64,000 nucleotides of DNA, from contig CBDCWC010000003.1 of NCBI GenBank assembly GCA_965223295.1, positions 1,536,001-1,600,000 on the forward strand. The letters run 5' to 3'. Shown one piece after another: positions 19,343 through 28,523 of the stretch (its first letter is position 1; each line of letters starts with the position of its first letter). The DNA comes from Nitrospirales bacterium (GTDB taxonomy: Bacteria > Nitrospirota > Nitrospiria > Nitrospirales > UBA8639). The notes beneath the pieces are model-generated. The model made no database searches. It was not told the DNA's origin and saw only the letters and a program-made list of their open reading frames with translations. The translations under genes were made by a program, and so were the position numbers.

Positions 19343-21439
19343 ATGGCTATCTTTGTTTTGATTCCTTTGCTCCCTCTCCTTGCCTCGGTTCTCCTTCTTC
19401 TTGGAGGACGGCGATGGGGTGAGCAAAGTCACCGGATCGGAATTCCTGCTATAGGCCTGTCGTTTGGTTTGTCAGTGCTCGCTTTTCTTGAGGTCTTGCG
19501 TAACGGGCCTTTCTCTCTCTCTCTTTATCGTTTCTTTCAGTCTGGATCGTTATCCATTGACTTAGGTTTGTTTGTTGATCAACTCACCGTCCTGCTTTTG
19601 CTCTTGGTCACAGGGGTGAGTGGTGTGGTGCATGTGTATTCTTCCCGGTACATGATTGGAGACCCACGATACAACCGATTCTTTGCGGTCATCGCGTTGT
19701 TTACCTTTTCTATGGTGTTGCTTGTCATGAGTAACAACCTGTTGATGTTGTTGGTCAGTTGGGAAATTATGGGGATCTGTTCGTATCTCTTGATTTCCCA
19801 TGCCGCACAGCGACCCTCGGCAGGTCGGGCAGCGACCAAGGCGTTTTTGGTCAATGCGGTGGCGGATGTCGGGCTCAGTTTCGGAATTATTTTGACGTTT
19901 TTCACATTCGGCACGCTTGACATCCAAACTATCCTCACTGAGGCCGAAAGCATGCAGCATCAGAGGATCAATATTCTGGGATGGATGGGAGGAAATCTCC
20001 TCGTCAATCCAGTAACGCTTATTCCTTTCTTTTTATTCATCGGGGCTATGGGTAAGTCAGCTCAAATGCCGTTTCATATATGGTTGCCGTTTGCCATGGA
20101 AGCCCCCACTCCGGTGTCGGCATTGATTCACGCGGCGACCATGGTAAACGCCGGTCCGTTCCTGCTTGTGCGATTGAGCCCCTTGCTCGTCCTTTCTCCG
20201 TTCACTATGACCTTCATTGCGGTCATTGGAGCCACTACTGCGCTGTTCGCTGGTATTGTTTCCCTGACGCAGTCTGACATTAAAAAGATTTTGGCATATT
20301 CCACGATTAGCCAAATTGGTTTCATGATTATGACCTGCGGTTTAGGTGCATTCGTCGTGACGATTTTTCACCTGCTTGCTCATGGTTGTTATAAAGCGTT
20401 CTTCTTTCTTTCAACGGGGAATGCGCTTCGATCCGTCGCTCAAGGTCATGCCCATAGAGAGCAGGAGTATCATGCACCTCAAGGTATGGGCGTGTTGTAT
20501 GGTGGTGCGCTGTTATTGGCGTTGATTCCTCCGATTATTCTGTTTTCAGGTGCGTATGAAAACTTGTGGGGAGTGATGGGATTTGCTTCTGCCACAATTG
20601 GATTCCGCGTCATTGGTCTGATCACAGTGTTTGTGGCTTCTATGTATCTCTTCCGAAGCGTCACGTCGTTATTTGTTCATGGTCCAAAGACATATTGGCC
20701 GGTATCAGGCCAATCGGCGTTGCAGACACAATCCATTCGACCACAGTTTGTGAATGGTTCGATAATGGTTGGTCTTCTCATTGTCACGGTGATCGTAGGA
20801 GTAGCATTGACGCTGTTTTGGAGTTGGTTTGTCAGCTTCCTTGCTCCCGCATTAGCCCTTGCTGGTGTTGCGACGAATGAAGGAACGGTTGGGATCGGTT
20901 TCTCGATTTGGCTTCTGGGGGCTATTGGGATGGCCATTTCGGGATGGGTTTGTGCGTATTCGTGCGCTCAACCTGGCTCGCAAGTTGTCTGGTCAACTAG
21001 TAAAAACACAAGGTTATACATGCTCTTCTGGAATAAATGTTATTTTGATGAATTTTATGATGCCTATTTAGTGAACCCGACCATTCGATTTTCCCATTGG
21101 CTCTGGCACATGATTGATGTTGGGGTCATCGATAGATTCATACATTCCATCGCAACCTATTCCATTCTCTTTGCACGTTGGCTCTGGCGGATTGTGGATA
21201 TCAAAGGTATTGATCGAATGGTGATGGGTATTGGACGACAGAGCGTTGGTATGAGTGGATGGCTTTGGAAAGTGGTGGATATTCGATGGTTGGAAAAGAC
21301 AGTCAGTCAAGTGGGTAGCCAAGCAGATACGGCAGGGCAATTATTGCAAGAGGTCGAACCTCGTACCATTCAACATCAATTACTCGTCATGATACTTTGG
21401 CTGGTCTTGGCAACCGGACTATTATATATCTTGGTTTAA
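19343..21439 (+). CDS. dabB: DabB/NuoL-like antiporter-type subunit with an elongated C-terminal lateral helix
   Basis: WEIMGICSYLLI, GKSAQMPFHIWLP, MEAPTPVSALIHAATMVNAG, HLLAHGCYKAFFFL. NuoL-type tail NKCYFDEFY with three WLWxxxD repeats. ATG 19343 follows an AAGGAAG SD. Confidence 0.8.
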   Translation: MAIFVLIPLLPLLASVLLLLGGRRWGEQSHRIGIPAIGLSFGLSVLAFLEVLRNGPFSLSLYRFFQSGSLSIDLGLFVDQLTVLLLLLVTGVSGVVHVYSSRYMIGDPRYNRFFAVIALFTFSMVLLVMSNNLLMLLVSWEIMGICSYLLISHAAQRPSAGRAATKAFLVNAVADVGLSFGIILTFFTFGTLDIQTILTEAESMQHQRINILGWMGGNLLVNPVTLIPFFLFIGAMGKSAQMPFHIWLPFAMEAPTPVSALIHAATMVNAGPFLLVRLSPLLVLSPFTMTFIAVIGATTALFAGIVSLTQSDIKKILAYSTISQIGFMIMTCGLGAFVVTIFHLLAHGCYKAFFFLSTGNALRSVAQGHAHREQEYHAPQGMGVLYGGALLLALIPPIILFSGAYENLWGVMGFASATIGFRVIGLITVFVASMYLFRSVTSLFVHGPKTYWPVSGQSALQTQSIRPQFVNGSIMVGLLIVTVIVGVALTLFWSWFVSFLAPALALAGVATNEGTVGIGFSIWLLGAIGMAISGWVCAYSCAQPGSQVVWSTSKNTRLYMLFWNKCYFDEFYDAYLVNPTIRFSHWLWHMIDVGVIDRFIHSIATYSILFARWLWRIVDIKGIDRMVMGIGRQSVGMSGWLWKVVDIRWLEKTVSQVGSQADTAGQLLQEVEPRTIQHQLLVMILWLVLATGLLYILV
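21098..21340 (+). repeat. Three 81-nt (27-aa) tandem units within dabB/nuoL
   Basis: WLW codons begin at 21098, 21179 and 21260, an exact 81-nt period. Confidence 0.85.
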
Positions 21440-21472
21440 CCATCTGTTTCTTAAAGAATAAAGATTAAACAT

Positions 21473-22978
21473 ATGGGCATATTGATGGATCACATCATTA
21501 GTTGGATGGTTGCTGTTCCTTTTTTAGGAATCGGGATTCTTGCGTTTGTCCGTGATGAAGAATGGATTAGACGAGTCGCCTTTGGTGCCACCATGGTGGA
21601 GTTTTTCCTCTCGATGGTCCTTTGGAGCAGTTTTGATTTTACCCAACAAGGTATGCAATTCGTTGAACGTGTGGAGTGGATGCCCACCTTCAATATTCAA
21701 TATGCCGTTGGCGTGGATGGGATCAGTATCCTGTTAGTCATCCTTACTGCTCTTCTGTGCCCACTTTGTGTTCTGTGTTCGTGGAACGCTATCACTACGC
21801 GAGTGCGAGCGTATCTGTCGCTGATCTTGCTTGTTGAAGGTGCGATGATTGTTGTCTTTACAGCTTTAGATCTTTTCCTCTTCTTCATGTTGTGGGAACT
21901 CACCATGATTCCCATGTATTTTATGATTATTTTGTGGGGAGGTCCGAATCGTATCACAGCAGGAATTAAATTTGTCTTGTACAGTCTGACGGGCAGCTTG
22001 TTATTGCTCGTGGGAATTCTTGGCCTCTACTTAGAAGGTGGGCATACCTACGATCTGTTGGTTCTCAGCGAACAAACGTATTCCTCTAGAACGCAATTCT
22101 GGCTATTTCTTGCGCTCTTCTTAGCGTTTGCCATCAAAATGCCCATGGTGCCATTTCACACCTGGTTGCCTGACGCACATTCCGAGGCCCCAACAGTCGG
22201 TAGCGTCATTTTAGCTGGAGTGCTGTTGAAAATGGGGGGCTATGGATTCTTGCGCTTTTGTTTGCCAATGTTTCCCGAAGCTTCGGTGAAATTTGCGCCG
22301 TATATATTATGGCTCTCTGTCATTGCCATTATCTATGGAGGCTACATGGCTTTGGCACAGTCTGATCTCAAAAAACTCGTCGCGTATTCCTCGGTCTCAC
22401 ATATGGGATTTGTCACTCTTGGGATCTTTGTTTTTAACAGTCAGGGAATCCAGGGCGCCATTTTACAAATGTTTAATCACGGGATTACCACTGCGGCTTT
22501 ATTTATTTCAGTGGGGCAACTCTATGATCGCACCCACAGCCGAGCCATCGGTGATTACGGGGGGTTGCATAAGCCCATGCCTAGGTTCGTAGCATTATTC
22601 TTTTTGTTCTCAGTTGCGTCATTTGGACTGCCGGGTACCTGTAATTTTATTGGTGAATTTTTGGTGCTTGTTGGGACGTCCTATGTCAATTTCGCGATGG
22701 TCTTGATTTCTATGGGAGGGATTGTCTTAGCCGCGGCCTATATGCTGTGGATGCTACAACGTTTGGCTTTAGGCGAACCGAACAAAGAAGTTGTGAGAGT
22801 GCTGCCAGACTTAACAAGTCGAGAATTAGCCACCGTAATTCCTCTAGCGGTACTTGTCCTCTGGATCGGACTATATCCGGGCCCATTGATGGAGATGATG
22901 GATGCGAGTGTGACTCATCTCGTTCAGCAGGTCGCTGCGTATGAATCCGCTCTTCCTGAGCACACGGTCTTACGTTAA
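21473..22978 (+). CDS. nuoM: NuoM-like antiporter-type subunit
   Basis: GVDGIS, WELTMIPMY, AIKMPMVPFHTWLPDAH, LLKMGGYG, LVAYSSVSHMG, FIGEFLVL. Confidence 0.93.
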   Translation: MGILMDHIISWMVAVPFLGIGILAFVRDEEWIRRVAFGATMVEFFLSMVLWSSFDFTQQGMQFVERVEWMPTFNIQYAVGVDGISILLVILTALLCPLCVLCSWNAITTRVRAYLSLILLVEGAMIVVFTALDLFLFFMLWELTMIPMYFMIILWGGPNRITAGIKFVLYSLTGSLLLLVGILGLYLEGGHTYDLLVLSEQTYSSRTQFWLFLALFLAFAIKMPMVPFHTWLPDAHSEAPTVGSVILAGVLLKMGGYGFLRFCLPMFPEASVKFAPYILWLSVIAIIYGGYMALAQSDLKKLVAYSSVSHMGFVTLGIFVFNSQGIQGAILQMFNHGITTAALFISVGQLYDRTHSRAIGDYGGLHKPMPRFVALFFLFSVASFGLPGTCNFIGEFLVLVGTSYVNFAMVLISMGGIVLAAAYMLWMLQRLALGEPNKEVVRVLPDLTSRELATVIPLAVLVLWIGLYPGPLMEMMDASVTHLVQQVAAYESALPEHTVLR

Positions 22979-23036
22979 ATCATCGTTGTACAGATCATTT
23001 CAATGGAGCAGCATTTCCATTATGATGAGATGCTAT

Positions 23037-24461
23037 CTAAGATTGTCTTTCCTGGTGGCGCAAAAGCATTTCATAATTCTGTTGGTAGAGTTGGGCGGTG
23101 GGATGATCAATGCCGAACGCTTCAGTAATGATTGGAATAGCGCGTTCATACAACGTGAGGGCCTCTTGAGTGTGCCCTTGAAGTTTCAAGACAGAGGCAA
23201 GGTTGTTCAACGTTGAAGCTACTTTAGGATGGTGAAGGCCTAGGGATTTTTCTCTGATTTCTAGGGCCTCTTCATAAAGGCGTCGAGCTTGGATGAGTTG
23301 ACCCTGCCTCTGCCGCAAGCCTGCATAGTTGGTCAAAAGAGTCGCCACTTGTAAATGGTCTGATCCAAGGTTTTCACGAGCACGGGACAGGGCCTCGAGG
23401 TAAAGAGATTCGGCTTTCGAGAACTGGTCCCGGCTTTGATGAAGTTCAGCCACATTATTTAATATCGTCACATGTTGATGGGGATGGGGGTTTGGGGATC
23501 GGTATAAAAGGATCAGGGCTTCTTTGTAGTGGTCATGTGCGAGGGTGTATTGCTGCTGTTCTTGGTACAAGCTCCCCAAGTTTTGTTGCAGTGTAATCTT
23601 AGAAGAAAAGTCAGAATATGGGAGGCGTTCAACGATGTCTAATGCTTGCTTGTAAAGCGACTCGGCGGGTGTATATTCCTGTTGTATGTGATGGAGCCGT
23701 GCCGCATTGTTCAAGACTCTGACTAATTGCGGGTCTACCCCTGAAGCCTTCTTGAGGTATCCAATAGCTTGCCGATATTCCTGTTGGGCCTCAATGTATC
23801 GGCCTTGCGCTTGAAGCACTTCTCCTAATGTATTGATCGTAATTCCTAACGTGCTGTAGGGAGGGTGTTTCCGTTGTTCCAACAAAGCAAGAGCTCGACG
23901 GATAGAGATTTCAGATTTAGAAAATTGTTCTTGTTTCCAATAGAGCTCGCCAAGATTGGTGATTGTTGAGGCCATCAGAAGGGTATCAGGAGGTTTTTGT
24001 TGTTCCAAAATTTCTAATGCCCGTTCTAGTAACCTTTCAGCTTCATCGAGTTTTCCTTGTGTTCGATAAATAATAGCTAGATTGTTCAGGCTCGTCGCCA
24101 GCTCAGGGTGGGATGCCCCAAGTGTTTTTTCTAATAATTCAATGGTCTGGTGGTAATCGGTCTCAGCTTGCCCCAAGAGCCCTAGGGCATATTGTGTTCG
24201 GGCCATATGGTAATGACTATTGGCTAAGCGGAGGTTGTCCGTCTTGAGTGCATGCGCTGATTCTTTGGCGGCATTGAAATGTTCTAGGGCTTCTGTGAAT
24301 TGTCTTCGATCGTAGGCTTTTGTCCCTTCGTCAATGGCCAATTCCCATGAATCGATATTGTGGGAACAGCCCGCGAAGATTCCCGAAAAGACTACAAATC
24401 CTAAGCTAAGGATATTCAGAAACCACCGTCTCAAAATTGAATGTAGGAAAGGCATCATCAT
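23037..24461 (-). CDS. TPR-repeat lipoprotein
   Basis: Lipobox FAGC; ~42-aa TPR repeats (HPELATSLNNLA, HPKVASTLNNLA). Confidence 0.9.
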   Translation of the reverse strand: MMMPFLHSILRRWFLNILSLGFVVFSGIFAGCSHNIDSWELAIDEGTKAYDRRQFTEALEHFNAAKESAHALKTDNLRLANSHYHMARTQYALGLLGQAETDYHQTIELLEKTLGASHPELATSLNNLAIIYRTQGKLDEAERLLERALEILEQQKPPDTLLMASTITNLGELYWKQEQFSKSEISIRRALALLEQRKHPPYSTLGITINTLGEVLQAQGRYIEAQQEYRQAIGYLKKASGVDPQLVRVLNNAARLHHIQQEYTPAESLYKQALDIVERLPYSDFSSKITLQQNLGSLYQEQQQYTLAHDHYKEALILLYRSPNPHPHQHVTILNNVAELHQSRDQFSKAESLYLEALSRARENLGSDHLQVATLLTNYAGLRQRQGQLIQARRLYEEALEIREKSLGLHHPKVASTLNNLASVLKLQGHTQEALTLYERAIPIITEAFGIDHPTAQLYQQNYEMLLRHQERQS

Positions 24462-24769
24462 GTCCGTAATGGTGAAGTGAAGAGGCTTTGGGAGTCAACC
24501 CTCATTGAGGAGGGAGCCTGGAAAGAAAAATACTGTTCACCATGGCTTGGGAGCTAGCATTGATGGACAGTGTTCTTGCTTATGTTAAAATGCGTTTTTT
24601 TATGGGAAAACGGTGCTTTTTTCTTGTTATTGTCTCAAGAATGTTCTTCGGGATGCCGAAAGGATTGGAACAGGTCCAATCAATTGCCGACTCAATGGAA
24701 TGTAGAGGCTCCTTGTTCCATAGAATGTGCATCTCTGAGTAACAGAGGTAAATTCATGAAGGCAATCGG

Positions 24770-25033
24770 ATGAAGAAAAGTAGGTGCCTGAGGATGTATG
24801 GTTGGGTTTTTGTTGTTTGGGGTATTGTCGGCCTTGGATGTACCCAATTTGTGACAGTCTATTGGTCAAAACCCGGAGCAGGCAATGCCGAATTGCAACG
24901 GGATAAAGATGAGTGTCAGTCTCTACAACGGGCAGTCGGATTAGATGAAAGTCGAATAGAAAAATGTCTTGTAGCAAAGGGATGGGAGCAAGTCAGCCAA
25001 GAAAAAGGATCGCCTGCTTCAAATTCCGAATGA
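24770..25033 (+). CDS. Small putative lipoprotein
   Basis: Lipobox GLGC; W-x-K-P-G...DKDEC...CLVAKGW pattern typical of small disulfide lipoproteins. Confidence 0.7.
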   Translation: MKKSRCLRMYGWVFVVWGIVGLGCTQFVTVYWSKPGAGNAELQRDKDECQSLQRAVGLDESRIEKCLVAKGWEQVSQEKGSPASNSE

Positions 25034-25097
25034 ATAAAAAATTAAATATTTCCTATGGGCTGCAGGTTTGTGATGAGATCTATGTGGATGGAGGAGT

Positions 25098-26249
25098 ATG
25101 TTTATGAATAGGACAAAAATCATCGTTGCCATTCTCGTATGCTGGATGCTTGCGGGTTGTGCGAGCCAACAGGCTCATGAACGGGCTATGGAAGAGTTAG
25201 AAATGGCTAGCCAAAACTCTGCCCAAGAAGTTGAGCGGCTGCAACGCATTGTTGAGGAGCAGCAGGCTCAAGTTCTCCAACTGGAGGAAAATAAGCAAGA
25301 ACTTGAAAAGGCAATTGAAACCAAAGAAACGGCTGTCGTCCGACTTCAGGAGAAAAATGTTGACTTAGTAGACGAGGTAAAGCTTAAAGAACAAGAAAAG
25401 GAAGAGCAACTGCAAACGGTGAAATCTGAACTGCAAACACTGTATTCCGAGATTGCTGGGTTACAAGAGTTGACCGGGGTTGGGTCATTTTCGAAAGGAA
25501 GCTTGGAAGGGGACGACCTGAGTGATTTAAGCAATATGGCCAAAGCCTTTCAACATGTTCGGGATACTCTGCAGTCGCAAATTGATCATTTTTCTCAATT
25601 GCAACAGAACAACAAAGCATTAGAGCAAAATCTCGTTCAACTAGAGGACCGCCTGAAAAATGTTGAGCGGTTGAAAAGAGAGTTGGAAGAAGTGCGAGCA
25701 GCTCGTGAGGCGCAAGAGTCTCAACTAGCCAAAGTGAAACAGGAAGTCAATACCGTGAGCCGAGAAATTGACCGCATTACGCAAGCTCTGGAAGAAAAAT
25801 TTGGGAAGAGCTTAGTGGTGACTCAGCATCAGGACCGATTGGTCTTAACGATGCTCGGGCAAATTTTATTTGCCTCGGGAGAAGCACAACTTACGCCCTT
25901 GGGCCTTGATATTATGAAGCAAGTTGGGGAAGTGTTAGCAACATTGCCCAACAAGAATATCCAAGTGGAAGGCCATACCGACAATAATCCTATTTATGGC
26001 CGGCTTCAAAAAAGATTTCCGACGAATTGGGAATTATCAACGGCCCGGGCCACGACTGTGCTTCGGTATTTGATTGAGCAAACCGGTATGGATCCGAAAG
26101 ATTTCGCCGCTACCGGCTATGCTGATACACGGCCAGCTGTGGCAAACGACACTGATGAAGGGCGGGCTCAAAATCGTCGTGTGGAAATTGTGCTGTATCC
26201 AGAACGAGTTATTGATGATACCAAGAAAATGGCCACCCTTGCTCAATAA
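25098..26249 (+). CDS. Lipoprotein with long coiled coil and C-terminal OmpA/MotB peptidoglycan-binding domain
   Basis: Lipobox LAGC, GGAGGAG SD, VEGHTDN, NWELSTARA, AQNRRVEI. Confidence 0.92.
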   Translation: MFMNRTKIIVAILVCWMLAGCASQQAHERAMEELEMASQNSAQEVERLQRIVEEQQAQVLQLEENKQELEKAIETKETAVVRLQEKNVDLVDEVKLKEQEKEEQLQTVKSELQTLYSEIAGLQELTGVGSFSKGSLEGDDLSDLSNMAKAFQHVRDTLQSQIDHFSQLQQNNKALEQNLVQLEDRLKNVERLKRELEEVRAAREAQESQLAKVKQEVNTVSREIDRITQALEEKFGKSLVVTQHQDRLVLTMLGQILFASGEAQLTPLGLDIMKQVGEVLATLPNKNIQVEGHTDNNPIYGRLQKRFPTNWELSTARATTVLRYLIEQTGMDPKDFAATGYADTRPAVANDTDEGRAQNRRVEIVLYPERVIDDTKKMATLAQ

Positions 26250-26297
26250 GTAGAGAGCCTTCTTTTAGAATTCTGCTTCAGCTTCGTCAGATACATC

Positions 26298-27893
26298 TTA
26301 ATGGTGTGTTGACACTCCAGTATCGCTGCTTGGGATTGGATGATGCTGAATGAGGTTCAGATCATACAAAGCCAAGGTGGCGGGCGCGAGGAAGACATAC
26401 GCCGCCAATAAGCCCACTAGCGTCATCGTGATTGTATAGGGCAGCGCCATCCACACCATTTTCCCATATGACAAGCGAATGATGGGGGCTAAAGACGAGG
26501 TCAACAAGAACAAAAAGGCTGCCTGCCCATTCGGCGTCGCCACACTGGGAATATTGGTGCCCGTATTAATGGCCACCGCCAACAAGTCGAACTGATCCCG
26601 CGTAATCGTGCCCGCCTGCAGTGCTCGAAAAACTTCATTGATATAGACCGTCGCCACAAACACATTGTCGCTAATGGATGAAAGAATGCCATTGGCTAAA
26701 TAAAACATCCCAATTTGATGCGTTCCATCCAGACTCAATCCATAGCCAATAATGCCCGTGAATAAGTTTTGCTCCTGGATCACCGCCACAATCGCAAAAA
26801 ACACCACTAAAAGAGCCGTAAAAGGGAGGGCCTCTTTAAAGGCTTCCCCTAATTGATGCTCCTCAATAATTCCGTTGAAAGCGGTAATGAGGATAATAAC
26901 CGTCAGGCCAATGATGCCTACCTCCGCCAGATGAAAGGCCAAGGCGATAATCAACCAAATGCCGGCCACGGCTTGGACAATGAGCTTGGCCTTATCATCG
27001 TTATCGCGGCGGTTTGTTTGTTCCGTTTCATACTCCACTAAAATATGCCGCACCGGCTCGGGGAGTTGATAGCCATAGTCAAACCACCGCAGCTTCTCAA
27101 CTAGTAGACATGTGGCTAAACCCATGAGAAGGACTGGCAGGGTAATCGGGGCCATGCGAAAGACAAACTCCATAAATTGCCAGCTGGCCCGATCGGCAAT
27201 TAACAGATTTTGAGGCTCGCCCACTAAGGTACAGACCCCGCCTAAGGCGGTGCCGACGGCCCCATGCATCATCAGATTCCGGAGAAAGCCGCGAAAGTTC
27301 TCCAAGTTCTCTCGATTTAATTCCTGCACGTCGTGATCACTGGTATGGTCATGGGAGCTGGTATAAGACTTGCCAGAGGCTACGCGGTGATAGATGCTAT
27401 AAAAGCCCGTCGCGACGGCAATGATGACGGCGGTGACCGTGAGGGCATCCAGAAAAGCGGAGAGAAAGCCGCCCATGAGCGAAAACAGCAGGGCGAGCCA
27501 TTGTTTGGACTGGACGCCCAGGAGGATCTTGGTAAAGAGAAACAACAAGAGATCTTTCATGAAGTAAATACCTGCCACCATAAACATCAACAGCAGGATG
27601 ACCTGGAAATTATTCACGGTTTCGTGGTAGACCATGGCGGGGGTGGTCAGGCCCAGCAGGACGGCTTCCATGGCCAACAGGCCCCCTGGTTGGAGGGGGT
27701 AGCTTTTAAGGGCCATGGCGAGGGTGAAGATAAACTCCAGGATGAGCACCCACCCCGTCACGAAGGGGCCAGCCAAGAGCAGCAGGATAGGATTGAATAG
27801 CAGAAACCCCAGGATGGTGAGCTTGTACCAGGCGGGGGTGTGATTGAGAAAGTTCTGCGCCAGTTCCTGCGCAATACTACGTGTTATTGGCAT
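26298..27893 (-). CDS. nhaB: Na+/H+ antiporter NhaB
   Basis: [63 protein letters not shown]. Start placed at ATG 27893. Confidence 0.95.
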   Translation of the reverse strand: MPITRSIAQELAQNFLNHTPAWYKLTILGFLLFNPILLLLAGPFVTGWVLILEFIFTLAMALKSYPLQPGGLLAMEAVLLGLTTPAMVYHETVNNFQVILLLMFMVAGIYFMKDLLLFLFTKILLGVQSKQWLALLFSLMGGFLSAFLDALTVTAVIIAVATGFYSIYHRVASGKSYTSSHDHTSDHDVQELNRENLENFRGFLRNLMMHGAVGTALGGVCTLVGEPQNLLIADRASWQFMEFVFRMAPITLPVLLMGLATCLLVEKLRWFDYGYQLPEPVRHILVEYETEQTNRRDNDDKAKLIVQAVAGIWLIIALAFHLAEVGIIGLTVIILITAFNGIIEEHQLGEAFKEALPFTALLVVFFAIVAVIQEQNLFTGIIGYGLSLDGTHQIGMFYLANGILSSISDNVFVATVYINEVFRALQAGTITRDQFDLLAVAINTGTNIPSVATPNGQAAFLFLLTSSLAPIIRLSYGKMVWMALPYTITMTLVGLLAAYVFLAPATLALYDLNLIQHHPIPSSDTGVSTHH

Positions 27894-28111
27894 GCGAGCC
27901 CTTTCCTTTGAAGCGACCACTGAGCGTTAGTAAGTGAGAACTCTGCTGAGGATATTCCTAAGGCACGTCATAGAGGAATTGAGACGAAAAGCCTTCTATC
28001 GAGGTACGCTTATTATAGGAAGCTATTTCCTTCTAATCAAAGCATAAAGGTATAAAAATGAGAAAAATTCTGTTTCCTTTTAGAGATGGACGCAATGAGG
28101 GATAGGTTCTC

Positions 28112-28465
28112 GTGATCAATGTTTACCATATTGCCGGGGTTGACGATCGAGAACGGGGCTTTAATCGGCAAGCTCAGGTGATTCTGCAAGGAGCGGTCTA
28201 TCAGGCTCGTTTGAGATATGAAGCCTTGCAACTTGAGGGGGAGTCGAATGAATCGGAAGGAGGGGCACTTCAAAGACTTATTCAACGCTTACATGCGCAT
28301 GGGTATACTCAATTGCGCACCCAACAAATTTTCCAAGGTGATCACTATCTAGGAAATCAGGAATTATGGGTGGACTACCCAGATCCCCAACTGCCTAAAA
28401 CAGAGTCCATTTCTTGGTTGATGCGGCTGCGACGTTTCTTGGGAGTGGGGAAAAGTAAGGAGTGA
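28112..28465 (+). CDS. Hypothetical protein
   Basis: 117-aa ORF with GTG start and a purine-rich SD-like sequence. Confidence 0.65.
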   Translation: MINVYHIAGVDDRERGFNRQAQVILQGAVYQARLRYEALQLEGESNESEGGALQRLIQRLHAHGYTQLRTQQIFQGDHYLGNQELWVDYPDPQLPKTESISWLMRLRRFLGVGKSKE

Positions 28466-28523
28466 AGAAGGTCATGGCAGCAATTTTTTTTGCCTGAGCG
28501 TTTCCTATTCACTTCTTGTTGAG

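Noticed and set aside
15431-22978. Respiratory complex I or membrane-bound hydrogenase operon
   Set aside because: No NuoA/B/C/D/H/I, NuoEFG or hydrogenase subunits are present; only antiporter-type membrane subunits next to dabA.
25098-26249. Flagellar stator MotB
   Set aside because: It has a lipobox instead of the TM helix with the conserved Asp, and no motA is adjacent.
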